Shown: positions 38,452-51,409 of the stretch, piece by piece
How the letters are laid out: every line of letters begins with the position of its first letter
Position numbering within the stretch: position 1 is the stretch's first letter
Origin: Phoronis australis
Taxonomy: Eukaryota > Animalia > Phoronida
Assembly (NCBI GenBank): GCA_002633005.1
Contig: NMRA01000021.1
Span: forward strand, 1,237,119 to 1,301,118
DNA length: 64,000 nt
Reading direction: 5' to 3'
Notes under the pieces: model-generated
Database searches by the model: none
Seen by the model: the letters and a program-made list of their open reading frames with translations, nothing else
Told to the model about the DNA's origin: nothing
Program-made: the position numbers and the translations under genes

Positions 38452-40575
38452 ATGACACTAGCTCCACAACAGCTGGACACAGATGCAGGTTCGCTAAGTC
38501 ACCAAAAAGAACTGTTCACCAATCTCTTTAATACACTTCTTTCTTTTCAGCAGGAGCCCAACCAGAATGAGGGGAATGGTCAAGGAGCTCTTCCCGACAA
38601 AAGGATAGTCGAGATGCGGGAAATGTTGAGGTGTAAGAGTTGCCAAAGACTGCCCACGAAGCCCACAACTTTGCCATGTCTACATATATTATGCGAGAAA
38701 TGTTTAGGCCAACACATGGCAAAGAAGGCAGAAATCCTATGTTCTACGTGTAACGTGAAATTTGCTACTCCAAAAGATGCTGCACCTGAATACGGTTTCA
38801 AAAGAAATGTGTATCTTGAGAATATTAGTAAAATTTTAGCGAACGACGACAATGTCCACTGCGATAACTGTAAAAGTGACAGTTGTGACGCTCTAGCGTC
38901 TTCAATGTGCGCTGAATGTTCGAATTATTTGTGCCAAAAATGTGCACGGAACCATCGTCTTTACGCAAGGAAACACTACGTTGCAGATTTAGATGACGTC
39001 AAAAATGGAAAATACTTCGACCATATTCGTGCTCACCAAAAAGTACGCTGTTGTGTTCATAAGGATAAAATTTTGGATATCTATTGTGAACAGTGTGAGA
39101 TTCCTATTTGCTCACACTGCTGTGCCTCGAGTCATTCTCAGCACAAGTTGAAAGAGCTAAACAGTGCTGCAAAAGAGTCGACAGAACTATTGCGTATGCA
39201 GTTAGAGCCTTGGACTGAAGTTGTACAACACTCCAAAATGTTGTTCGAGGAACGGAAACAAATTCTTCAAAAGTTGGGGCAGCAGAAGGAAGAGTGTGAG
39301 TGTGAAATAAAAAAATGTTACAGCTCAAACCAAGCGATTACACAGATAACTCCCCAACAGCTGATTCAGTTTCGTCTAAACACTACTGTTCGTCAGCTAA
39401 ACGAGTGCGCAAAGGAGGCAAGAACACAGGCGCAAATTGCTTGTGACCAAGCTGAATTGAACAAAGTAAAGTTTTCCAGTGTCGTACAGTATGTGAATAA
39501 CATTTTAGAGACAGCACAAGATGCTGAGAAACTGTACCAACTTAAGGAAATTAGGTCACGCCTTAAGCGCTTGGAAGTAAATGAAACTGAAATGCAGTTG
39601 AGAAAACCACTGTTCAGGTTACAACTCGGTAGACCAGGTTCTGATTTCACTATTAACGTTACATTAGATTACGAAATTGTGCCATCTAAACAGTCTAAAA
39701 AATATGCTTCACTTGGACGTAAATTACCCGCCCTCTATGGAGCCCGAAAAAGGGCTATTAATAACCGGCATTCCCAGCTTGTGTGGAGATTTAGCGTCCG
39801 ACGCGTTGCCGGGGACAGAGAGGGCTTGTTCGGATGTTGGGGAATGGCAGTAAGTGATGGTCAGTTGATGGTAGCAGATAGGGACAACAAGAATTTTAAG
39901 GTCTATGATAAAAAAACTTTCGAATTTCAAGGCACGATTTACCCTCAAACCACATCACCTCAATACGAACTTGACCCTTGGGCAGTGGCATGTAATAAAC
40001 ACGGTCACTGGTTCGTTACCGACCGCGTAACCCAAAGTATTCACAAGTACGACGCTCAAGGTTCTATACTGAATGTCTACCCAAGTGCGTATAAAGGTGA
40101 GGTGTATGTTACATGCCACAACGACGAGCTGATATTGGCAGATAGAGCAGATGGCCGACTAATATTCAGTGACTTTGATTGTAAGGTTCATCATCAGATA
40201 GACGGCCAATCCCTGGGGCTTAGTGACTTCTCACCTCGCTGGTTGTGTGTGGATGAAATTTCTGGCCATTTAATTGTCAGTCAGCAGTTCCCTGGCCGTG
40301 TGTATGTTATTGATTGCAAACGGCTGGCTATTGTAAACACGTTCACTGATGAACTGGGTTATCCGGAGGGTGTTTGTGTGGATAAATTTGGGAACATTCT
40401 CGTTACTGACTGGTCGAATGACCGGATAATTTTGTTCAGAAATGCACGTGCACAAGTGCTTACCGTCCCCGGTGACCTCTCTTTGCCGACAGGTATATGC
40501 GTCTCAGCCCCAGGGAAGGTGTCAGTACTTGAGTTTTCGGGACGAATAAAAGTGTTCAATTACTTGGGTTTCTAA
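38452..40575 (+). CDS. TRIM-NHL module (RING, B-box1, B-box2, coiled coil, NHL repeats); probable terminal exon of the kinase gene
   Basis: C3HC4 RING CKSC...PCLHILCEKC...CSTC; B-box1 CDNC...CAEC...LCQKCARNH; B-box2 CCVH...YCEQCEIPICSHC...HSQH; NHL repeats (PWAVA, YPEGVCVDKFGNILVTDWSNDRI, LPTGICV); intact 2.1-kb ORF; phase-0 acceptors at 38451 and 38550. Confidence 0.93.
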   Translation: MTLAPQQLDTDAGSLSHQKELFTNLFNTLLSFQQEPNQNEGNGQGALPDKRIVEMREMLRCKSCQRLPTKPTTLPCLHILCEKCLGQHMAKKAEILCSTCNVKFATPKDAAPEYGFKRNVYLENISKILANDDNVHCDNCKSDSCDALASSMCAECSNYLCQKCARNHRLYARKHYVADLDDVKNGKYFDHIRAHQKVRCCVHKDKILDIYCEQCEIPICSHCCASSHSQHKLKELNSAAKESTELLRMQLEPWTEVVQHSKMLFEERKQILQKLGQQKEECECEIKKCYSSNQAITQITPQQLIQFRLNTTVRQLNECAKEARTQAQIACDQAELNKVKFSSVVQYVNNILETAQDAEKLYQLKEIRSRLKRLEVNETEMQLRKPLFRLQLGRPGSDFTINVTLDYEIVPSKQSKKYASLGRKLPALYGARKRAINNRHSQLVWRFSVRRVAGDREGLFGCWGMAVSDGQLMVADRDNKNFKVYDKKTFEFQGTIYPQTTSPQYELDPWAVACNKHGHWFVTDRVTQSIHKYDAQGSILNVYPSAYKGEVYVTCHNDELILADRADGRLIFSDFDCKVHHQIDGQSLGLSDFSPRWLCVDEISGHLIVSQQFPGRVYVIDCKRLAIVNTFTDELGYPEGVCVDKFGNILVTDWSNDRIILFRNARAQVLTVPGDLSLPTGICVSAPGKVSVLEFSGRIKVFNYLGF

Positions 40576-40713
40576 CTTGACCTCAGTGATCCTTGATGGT
40601 AAAGAGATTCAGTTGTAGTGTAGGTGTGGAAAGGGTACGTTTACATGTATACAAGAAGTTCATTGGTGCTATTTTGTGTAAGTATAGTCAAGTTGTTGTT
40701 GCAAAGCGTTCCA

Positions 40714-40719
40714 AATAAA
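40714..40719 (+). promoter_or_regulatory. Candidate polyadenylation signal of the TRIM-NHL exon
   Basis: AATAAA ~140 bp after the stop. Confidence 0.5.
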
Positions 40720-42349
40720 ACGAGCTTGACATATCAAAAAGTTAGAGTTCAAGATTGGTGTTCATCCGCCAATAATTGCTACTGTTGGTTAATTTTCTAG
40801 CATATGGAAACTTCCCATGCCGCTGAGGAATGTGCCTGGGATAATGGGGCAAAGCAAGATGAGAATAATATAGCGCTGTGCTCATAGTACCAAAGTAACT
40901 CCGACAACACATAAACGCGATCATCTCTCCTTCCCAAACAAGAATCGGACGCGTGAAACATAATGCCATCCTCGATCATAATCAGACAAATGTGACTATA
41001 ATGTAGTCGTAGTTTCAATCTATTGATTTTAGAAAAGTGTCGAAGATTTAAAAAAAACATTATGAGTTTAAAATCTTGATGCCCAAAGGGTCAAGACAGC
41101 TTTAGGCGTTTGGCAATGCTGGGGAAATTAGTTTCATTTATACAGAACAATGAAATTAGACTCCAATTTCCTTGGCTTGCTAAGTTTTGGGCTAATTTGG
41201 ACAAGACGTTGTTATGGTGCAGAAGGTAGAAAACCCTGTAGAAACTTAAGAGCATTGTCTAAGTAATCAAGTAATCGCTCAAATTTTACCAAACAAAGTA
41301 AATTCCGCCAGTTATACCTTCGGGACCTGGGGAAAATTAGCCATCCTTTGAGAGATAAAGATTTAAATAGAACTTTTTCATTTCCTCCAAATTCCCTTCT
41401 TTAGTGTTGATCAATGTTCTCTTATCATTGAACATCAAATTTGAAAAGTTTTTATCAACAAAATTCTTTATAGTGCTAATATATTTTGCTGGTTTTTCAA
41501 CATTTTCTATCTCTAATTTCTTTGTACTTAGCCTGAAGAGTTTGTAACAGAATTCACGGATTGTGTTCACCAATCTTTCTCGATATAATTTGCTACTTTA
41601 ATATCCTTTCCTCAGTTGTTTTAACAGTACTGTATGGCAGAGTTAAGGATCAAATCTTTAGTAAGAACATGCTAAACAGTAAAGCATGGTCAGGACAATT
41701 TTCAAAACTATTCATTTCAAGCATCTTGAATAATAGTTTTTACTTGGTCTATGTACTTTTTACCACGCAGAAGAGAACTGTTGTGTCTCCCTCTGCCACA
41801 AACAAAGGAGTGGTCAGCTCCGTTCCTATGGATTATTTTACAGCATTCATCAATGATAATAACTCGCCAGAAATGAGGAAAAAACCACGGCGTGGTTTCT
41901 TAACAAGGTTTTTAACTCCATGTGAACGAGGTGTTATCAACATTATTGAGTTCCCAGGGGTCAACCAATTTAAAAAAGCTTGAGGATTGTTCGTTAAGAT
42001 TTATGAAGCCAAAACGGTCTAGGTTATAATCCTTGACCGAATTCCAATCCCAACAAAATGATAGATTCTGATTTGAATTATGAAACAATAATTGCGAAGT
42101 TTTCGTAAAAAATGGATAATCCTGGTAAATCTGTTAAAATGCTCAACTTTGGTCGCTTGTCTCAATACTTGACATGAAACAGTTCAACGTTGAAACTCCA
42201 TATTAATTATGTTTACACGGGACTCACCCAAAGTTATTTAAAAGTGTTACTGTTGATTGTTAATGATATCTTACTTCGCTGTAGAGAACAGCAATGGGAG
42301 GCCAGTGCCCGGTTGCACAGACAAAAAAAGTCCCAAATAGAGACTCAGC

Positions 42350-44230
42350 TATGGTCTGTGGGACCGTTCCAGGACTAAGGACACGCTTAATTATCGGCAC
42401 GTTAATAACCCGAAGTCACGGATTAAGTTGATAGAGATTTGTATAGAATTGTCTATCGCTGTGGCGGGAACTACATGTAAACCCCAATAGTAAAGAATAC
42501 ACTTTTGGAGCTGGGAGTAAACGATCCCCGCTTGATTTTTTTCTAATCTGTGAAAACCTTTTAGCTGATATTCACGATTCCATAACAGAATTAGGTTACC
42601 TGTACAGTCATTCAGTTGTAACTTTTTTTAAAAGTGATGTTTCCAGGAGGAGAAAACCATTTTGGAAGTTTAATAACTCTCTCTTAAAAAGCTCTAAGTA
42701 TATTGCTGCAGTCAAGGATACCATTAAATTAATTAAAACAGCAGTATATGACCGACGCCATTCAGACAGTCAATAGTACAAGTTATTCCGATTTCCAATT
42801 GTCTATAAGTGATCAACTTTTTCTTGAAACGTTTTTGATGGAGATTCGCGTCAAAACAATTACCTTTGCTACTTACTTAAAAAGAAAAATTGATATAGCT
42901 GAACAGCAACTTATCAAAGAAATAAGCTTGTTGGCAAAAAATCTAACCCTTGATAGGGACTACTGGAACAAAAATAATCAACTTTCCGAGTTAAGAAAAA
43001 ATAAGTTAAGAGGTCTTATTACTAGGTGGAGAGTAAGACGGATTGAAGAGGGTGAAAAACCTTCCAAATATTTTCTTCGCTTGGAAAGTAGGCATTACAC
43101 AAGTAAGTCTGTGCCTTTTTGTGGAAATCTGACAATACTAAAACCAATAGTGAAGAAGAGATTATTCAGGAAACCAAAACCTTTTATGAAAAAATGAAGA
43201 ACAATAAGAGTCCAGGCTCTGATGGTTTTTCAGTGGAGTTTTTGAAAAAAATTTTGGGCTGGCATTGGACATTTTGTTGTTCGCTCAATTAATACTGGTT
43301 TTGCTGTTGGTCAGTTATCATCAGCACAGAAAGAGGGAGTGATCACCTGCATCCTTAAGGGAGCAGATAAAAGTAAATATTATTTGAAAAACTGGAGACC
43401 CATATCCTTACTCAATGCTACATATAAATTGACTTCTTCGGCTGTGGCTGAACGGCTATAATCCGTTTTGGGAAAACTAATCAATAAGGACCAGACAGGT
43501 TTCGTTTCTGGAAGAAATATGAACGAAAATATTAGCGTCCTATATGATTCAATGTTTTATGCCCAGGCAACTAACAAACCAGGATTGCTTTTACTGATTG
43601 ATTTTGATAAAGCGTTTGATTCATAGTCGTGGAATTTTATTCAAAAAAACTTTATCTTTCCTTAATTTTGGTTGGTCTGTCAGAGGGTGGGTGAAAATGT
43701 TTTACAGTAATATTAAGTCCTGTGTTGTCGTAAATGGTCACCCATCTTCCTCGTTCATTATTTCGCGTGACTGTACACAATGAGATCCTTTGTCTTCCTA
43801 CATTTTCATATTGTGCGCGGAGATTTTGGCGTATTCAATCAAGAGTAATAAAAATATTGCTGGATTAATTGCAGGATTAAGGAATATTTGAATTTGCAAT
43901 GTGCGGACGACACATCAATTACGTTGGATGGGTCGAATTTGTCATTGACTAGCGCATTGAATGTACTACATTGGTTTGCTAGCGTCTCCGGTCTCCAAGT
44001 GAATGTGGATAAAACAAAAGCCATATGGTTTGGAAGTAAAACTGGAAGTGATGACGTGATTCCCACAAAAAAGTCTGTCTTGGACAGGGAATGGATTTTG
44101 ACTATCAATTGGATGGTATGACGCATAAGAACTTTACTGCAAGAATAACTGAGATTAAGTCTTTCTTAAAAAGTTGAAGTCGACGAAATTTAATGCTGTT
44201 TGGTGGAGTAACTGTAATTAAAACGTTAGA
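42350..44230 (+). mobile_element. Degraded L1/Tx1-type LINE ORF2 (end of APE to RT)
   Basis: RLDFFLI, FWKFNNSLL, EEGEKPSKYF, KSPGSDGF, KNWRPISLLN, DFDKAFDS, ADDT across frameshifts and stops. Confidence 0.88.
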
Positions 44231-46670
44231 TATAATAAATAATAATAATAATAAATAACTTTATTTATAGAGGATAAAATTATGTAAAGTGTAAAACATA
44301 TCTACCACATGGTCCTCGAAATTACAATAAATAGATAAATAAAATAAATAAATAAGACGATCAATGATATGTAAAGATGAATGAAAAATGAAAAATGAAA
44401 TAAATAAGTTAATTACTATAAACAATTTTGACATGCATGCAGATATACAGTTAATTAGATAATAAATGAGTTATTAAGTTACTTCTAAATGCACGTTTAA
44501 CAGTATTTGATTTAATAGATAATAGTAAACCATTTCAGGCAATCACTCCATCTACAAAGAAAGTACTCCTGCACTTGGATGTTTTATAGTTTGGTACTAC
44601 TAAATTGCCAGCATTTGAGTATCGGGTATGTCTCGAATGTTTATTACGTACTAGAGATAGTTCATTAGCTAAATACCGGGAAACCTCCTCATGGAGACAT
44701 TTAAAAATCATGCACAGTCTGCGGAAAACATAATATTTATTAATTGGCATCCACCGAATATTTGCAAAGCAAACAAAGTCACAGATGGTGCCTCATAGTT
44801 TCCAAGAATAATTCTTACAGCCTGCTTCTGAATTTTGACAAGTTTATTCATAATAGTAGTGCAACAACCCGACCATACAGAGCTGCAGTAAGTGAAATGT
44901 GGCACAACACATGCATTGAACAATTTAAGTATACCCTCGATTGGTAAAAATTGTTTAATTTGCTTCAATAATCCCAATCTTTGTCTAATTTTACCCACTA
45001 TATAAGAGGCGTGGGATTCCCAAGATAAACTATTATCAATTTTAACTCCTAATAATTTCTCACTAGTGACTTCCTCAAGTATCTCCCAAGACATAAAAAG
45101 ATTAAGTTGTATTTGGCTTCTAGCACTTTTTGCTCTGACGCAAAACACATATATTTGGTTTTCTTTATATTAATTATCATTTTATTGTCGTTACACCACT
45201 CTTCAAAGTTGAATAAGTCATTCTGTAGTGTATGCTAAATATCCCCAATACAGTTACTGGTATAATGAAGAGGGGAATCATCCGCATACATATCAGTTCG
45301 AGCATTCATGTACAGTGGTAGATCATTTATAAAAATTAAAAATAGGAGAGGACCCAATATAGACCCCTGAGGCACTCCGTGTGTTATTTCAACTGGACTA
45401 TTTATTTATTTATTATTTATTTATTAATGTGATATTTAAAATGAGGGTGGCCTCTTCAGTGATAGCACTGCTTTCCAAGAGGGACTCGAAAGTTTGCCCC
45501 CCAGGGATACCAATTGTGCTCTCTTATGTCAATAAGACTTGAACCATGAAAGTGCTTCCACAAATACATTATAAAGAGACAATTTCCTAATTAAAATCTC
45601 ATGGTCCACTAAATCAAACGCTTTCTTAAAATCAATTAATAAAATGCCAGTCATAAGGCCTTTATCCATTTGTTTTTCCCAGTTATTGACAATGTTTAAG
45701 AGAGCAGTCTCGCAAGAATGACTTTCTCTGAAACCAGACTGAGCTGCAGTATAAAGACCATGTTCGTTTAGATACTTGTAAAATGAACTGTGCACGTGTT
45801 TTTCAATAACTTTAGAGAGAATAGGCAACACAGATATAGGCCTGTAGTTATTGACATCAGAAGTGCCACCACTTTTGTGGAGTGGTGAGATTTTTGCTGT
45901 CTTCCACACAGTGGGGAAATTGTTTGTGTTAATGCTAAGATTAACAATGTACGCAATAGAGGCAGCTTTCACCTTACAGGAGAGTTTCAATAATTCTGCA
46001 CTCACTTCATCAGCTCCAGTAGTTTTACAAGTATTCATATTCTTCAGAATACTCTCGACAAAATCAGCTGTAATCAAGGGAATAGAAAATTCACACACAT
46101 CATCATTTAATGTACTATTTACAAATGCCTTCAATTTATCAAATGAACAGTTTGCATTATCAAGTTTAGAGGTTAGCTCTGCTGCAATCCCTGTAAAACA
46201 TTTATTGAATGAATCAGCCATATCACTTTTATATAAGATTTGTTGCTCGCCATCATGCAACATACTAGGTGAAGGAGTTATCTCACGAAAATGTTTCCAC
46301 AACTCCCTTTGGATTATCCAAGTTTTTCTCGATTATCGACTTACAGTATACACTTTTTGCTTCACGAATCATTTGAATAACAAGATTTCTCTGCACTCTG
46401 TACTGAATGAAGTTACCCTGTCTTTTTAACGTTTCTATAAGATTCATGGCTTCAATAACAGATTCGTCCATCCATTCAGGCTGCGTTTGCCGTTTAACCA
46501 GTTTCTCAATTTTGGGTGCATGTTTGTCAACGATGCTCACAAAAAATTTTAACCACACATCAAGGGCATCCTCAACATCGTCAAAAGACTCAATTACAGA
46601 CCAAGGGACACGCTTCATATCCTTGGAGAAATCATCCTCATTAGAATTTTAAATGATCGACCAGCTATTT
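44231..46670 (-). mobile_element. 5'-truncated L2/CR1-group LINE, frameshifted
   Basis: [47 protein letters not shown]; simple-repeat tail at 44231-44265. Confidence 0.9.
45400..45481 (-). mobile_element. 82-bp LINE 3'-end insertion inside the L2/CR1 RT
   Basis: Matches 51788-51865 in reverse; ggact duplicated at 45395-45399 and 45482-45486; (TAAA)n tail. Confidence 0.85.
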
Positions 46671-46789
46671 CTAAACTTAATTTTTTTGTTGTCAAGTTTA
46701 CCAAATCCATCAGTAAAATTCTTGGATGAATTTAATTAGATTTGTATGGCAGGCTCGTAATGATATAATTAAACGAACTGCGGCCTATT

Positions 46790-48047
46790 TAGGATTCAAT
46801 TAAGGGGGACTTCAAATGGTTAATACGCATACTTTCAGCTCGCTTATTTCATTCTATGCTCAAGGTTTCCTCCATACTCCTCCATGACTCCAAGGTACTG
46901 CTTTTTCCAACCAGAAATGCTTTTCCGTATTTCTTCCATCAAGATTCCCTCCTTTTAACTCATGCTCAGCCAATTTGCATCCCATTCCCCGGTAAACGTT
47001 CTCCTTCAAGGGGTACTATATGACATAGTCAATTGGATTGCAGCATGGCCTCCTCCAGATGAGCCCTGGTTATATTGCTCGTGTGTGACGGAGCCCCGTA
47101 ATTGTTTCCTGCAATTGGAGACTTTTATCCAATAACTGCATGTAGCGTTTATTGTTAACTTTGCCTGTATCAGTGTAAACAACATCAATATTTGTTTTTC
47201 CTTCCCAAGATATGCTCCAGCGGAAACCATTACTTTTTGAAAGTCTCATGATATAGTGGAGAAGGCTCAATTTCTCGTTTGTTTTTCCCATCAACACGAT
47301 CGTTGTGGTGATTTTTAGCTATTTCTAACTGTCATGAAATAGTTTTTCTTTTCCTTCTAACATTTTGATCTCTTCGTGATACCCACATTCTTTTGAATTC
47401 ATTAACTCCGTTTTTTCGCCATTCTTTGCACAGCGGACTTCCTCATTTGTAAATCCCTTGGGACTTCTCCCAGAGATTTGTGATTCCCGGGGATGACCAT
47501 CTGGGATTGAATAAGTTCTTCAACACGATCCTCGTTTTCTTTCGAAAACGCAATCTTAGGTCTCCAGCTGCCACTTTTACGTGCAACAGGTCCCCCCGTC
47601 TTGGGTCTATTTACAGTAGCACAACTCCATCCTTTTCCTTGGAACTCCTTTACCGTCCTTCTTTCGCTCCACCCTTTCGCCTTGACACAGGTCTCAATTG
47701 TAAATTGATCACTTCCACTCAAAGGCATCATTACAAACCGGAATATTAGACAGAACTAATTTGGGTTCAGATCAGACAATAAACAGCAGAATTGAGACCC
47801 GAGCAGGTAATTTTTACTGTCAGCTGCCAGCATGGCATGAACATTATGTAAGTCACAGTGATATAACATTTTTGACCCAGGTTTTTTAAATTTCACAATA
47901 CTTCCTTAATTTTTATATTTCTCTGATATACTTTGTACACTTGTTGATGACACCCTGCCATATTATGGAAAATTTGAAAAATTTCGGTTAGTCATTTGCT
48001 TAGGAAATACTTGTCAAAATGGGGCTCACTTTTTGGGACACCTGATA
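46790..48047 (-). mobile_element. Degraded Tc1/mariner transposon
   Basis: HTH region RKSGSWRPK, remnants of GAPSHTS and WP..NPIDY motifs; terminus TA-tcaggtgtcccaaaaagtgag at ~48025-48047; second TIR not found. Confidence 0.75.
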
Positions 48048-51000
48048 TGTTGCATATTGCATCGAAAATAATATGATGTCAAATATTGCCCAGGAAATCT
48101 GACCACCTTCTTATCGAGAGTTAAGACTGATCACTATTGTAAAATATTCTGTCATCCCTTCTACGTCATGATAATTTGCATCAATTTTGGACTTCCTGTC
48201 TCGTGGGACAATGTGTGTGTCCCCAGTTTTTTAAGTGATGTTCCCACATTTTATAAATTCGGTCGCATTGTCCCTCTTTTGACACTTTATTGAGCGATTA
48301 GCAATACCCTTAACTTATCTCTTGATTATCTACTGTTATCGGACCTACTGTGCACCTCGAACATCGATGAATATTTGATTTTGATCTGACATCCATCCAC
48401 ACTTCGACTAAACAATCCCTGCTACAGTAACTGAAATTCAGCCAGCTTACGAGTATGTGAATAACAAAAAATGCCGTACCTCTGTTACGAAATGCAACGA
48501 TGTCCAGTATAGGTCGAAATAAATGAAAAATGAAATGAAATGTCCTTAAATACAACAATTTCCGGGGGCGACCGCTAGACTAGTGATGGGATAAAGCAGA
48601 TGCTGAGACAAAGGCGGCCAGATGAGTGAAACTCCGGAGTCAAAATCATATAGGCTTACACTATAGCCACCAAACTGAAAAGCATGTCTTGGAACAAATA
48701 TATTTGTGATTAACCTCCGCGTAATCCAATAACATTGCCAAGTTTAGCAGCTCGTGTAGTCGTCCGCCCAGTCTGATCCATCGTTTACACATTCGATATC
48801 ACTTTTCGGCCTAGGTAATGTTCAAAAAGTGAAAGATATTCTTCTGGAGCTGTATAGCCGCTGTAAGAATTACACACGCCATATCAACACCGTATCACCA
48901 TTCTTATCGCACAAGTTTTGAGCTACAGACTGAAATAAGCTTTACCGACAACGTGTTGTTTGTCGGGTAAAATGGCGGCTTGGTAACGTAGACGAAGGTG
49001 TGTCAAGAATGCTGCGTTCTGATTGGTCAGTTAAGCCATCATGCATAGCGATAAATCAATTCAAGACTCAACAAGAATGTGCTCTCAAAATGGCTGCACT
49101 TTTGCATCCTAGTAGACAAGAGCACAGGCCAATCTTCTGCACTCAATTTACTTAAAACAAATTCAAGGAACTTCTGAATACCATTTGCGGCAATCAGTTC
49201 CTATTTAGTTCACAAAACTGCTGTCAAACTCGACCCACCTCATTTTATTCATTTTAGGGCTTTTATGTAACGTGGTCTTGGACCAAGAAAGCATTTGAAC
49301 ATTTCTACTGTAAGCTTGCCGTGTAGTATATGAACTGGTAAACGTGTAGTTTGACATCTTTCATGGAAATATAACATATTTTAATATTCGCAAAATCTGC
49401 ATGTTCAAATCGCATCTGGCAGCCATATTAAATTTTTTTGATATCCTACTGCGAAAACTACTTACGAAATTAGTTCTCGCACTCGAAAGCAAAAATTGTA
49501 AAACCTCGGATAAATTTGGGATGAAATGATAACAAAAGGAAAAATTTGAAACTTGACCTGGCGGTGACACTGGATTATTACACACATTTGCAAGATGCTG
49601 GTGACTTCAAAAAAGTCGTATTTAGTGAGTGGCGTTTTACTGTCAATTACTAATCTTTGTTTGGTCACTTCCATGACCTGCAGCCTACATCGGCCAGAAA
49701 TTTATGAACTGACGCATTATCAAAATGATAAAAATAAACGAATTGATTTCAAAATTCCAATTAGGATAACAAACACTCTAAAATGAGCCTACAGCAGCTG
49801 AAGTGGAGATATTACTCTTTGAAGTGATCGATTATTTAATTGGCATAATCGGATTTCGACTGCGTTCGTGTGACTGACCTGTGGCAGTGTTGTGTAACGT
49901 TGGAGAGAAAGCCAACAGAAACACTGTACTAAGCTAAACACAATTCGTAATTTTCATTATTCTCACAGTTTTAACATCTAAGCAGACTGAAATTCCATAG
50001 ATAGACTTCTTAATCTCATGAAAATCAAACTGCCCCCTGGCATTGCAAAAACGGTGTAGTGCACGCAAGAGTCACATTTTTCAAATCGAAATTTACAAGG
50101 TAAAAACATCACTGACCTTTGATCTTTCATTTAGTGTTTGAGGTATTGCATTGACAGAGCATAGACACCATGTCCCATTCAGGTATGCAATATCATACGT
50201 TTCTGAGTACAAAACTCTATAAATACTCAATTGGTTTAGCTCGGAAATATTTCGGTTGATGTGCTAGCAGTGAAAGGCATTTTGTTCGGTTAGTAACGTT
50301 GAATGCGCGACGAAGTGCGAGAACGCGCTCCAAGTATAATACTAGTCTAATGGAGGATACTATAGTTTTATTACATACTCTCCTACTGATACTACTGAGT
50401 CTGTTACAATCCATGCGATCATACATTTATGTAGTGACATACATAAATCATAACAGGATAATAGTGTACAAACATTTCACTGACAAACTACAATTCCTCA
50501 TGTTGCGGGTGTATTACATAATACATAATTATCTGAACTACTCCTACACATGCACTCACCCTAAATCACTTGGATATGAGATCATACTCTAACAATTTCG
50601 TAAACTGTAATCCGACACGTATTTGCTTTTGTTTACTATCAGATATTCTTAGTCCATTTAACGGTGGAGGCCATTTTGCTAATATATACCCAGTCATCCA
50701 CAAATATAGAGTTACTGTTCTGACAATATTCATTTCTCTGTTATTTGAAGATTTTAGATAAAGTGGGAGCATTGCACGTCACTGATTTTTTACATACAGT
50801 GAGGTTTATAGCACTCTGACATAAATCTTATTGTTTGGGCAAATACCATTCAACCTTCATATCCAACTCAGTGCTAGTTAGGTCCTACCTAGTCCGATGG
50901 TAGCGCTGTTTGTTCTTTCTCTCCCTGACGCGCGTTGTGGCGATGGACAGGATTATTCATCCATGAACAACCCTGCCATGTGGCACATACTGAGACATAA

Positions 51001-51409
51001 CACCACGATCCTTATAATATCTTTTTTTATCACTCCGGCTGGTCTGCTCACTCAGCTTGTACGGAGCCAGCCTGCTTTTGCTCAGTTGGCTGTTTGGTGT
51101 ACCCACTTGGTACGTTATATGATATTTGCCCATTTGGCAGTTTGTACCCGTTAGGTACTTGTTGCTTGACCCACTTAGTAGGCAATCGGTATGTACCCAT
51201 TTGGTACTATGCTAACCTGTGCCACTTAGTATCCGAACCTCAATTACGCATTGGGTATGGTAAATGTATGTGTGTTATCTCTTGTCAATTGAGGAACACA
51301 TCTGGTTTCTTCTGTGAAATATGTTTTTGTAGAGTTGTGACCCTGAAATTCCCAATGCAACGTAAGTTATTTATTATTCTTGTTGTTTTATGTGTTCCCA
51401 ATAATTTTT

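Noticed and set aside
24680-44230. L1/Tx1 pieces at 42350-44230 and 24680-25910 as two halves of one rearranged element
   Set aside because: They meet near the same VIKT motif but differ in sequence there and in degree of decay; order is reversed; coincidence is as likely
45851-46429. 192-aa + strand ORF
   Set aside because: Antisense shadow of the - strand LINE RT; same for shadow ORFs over Gypsy, TRIM and LRR frames
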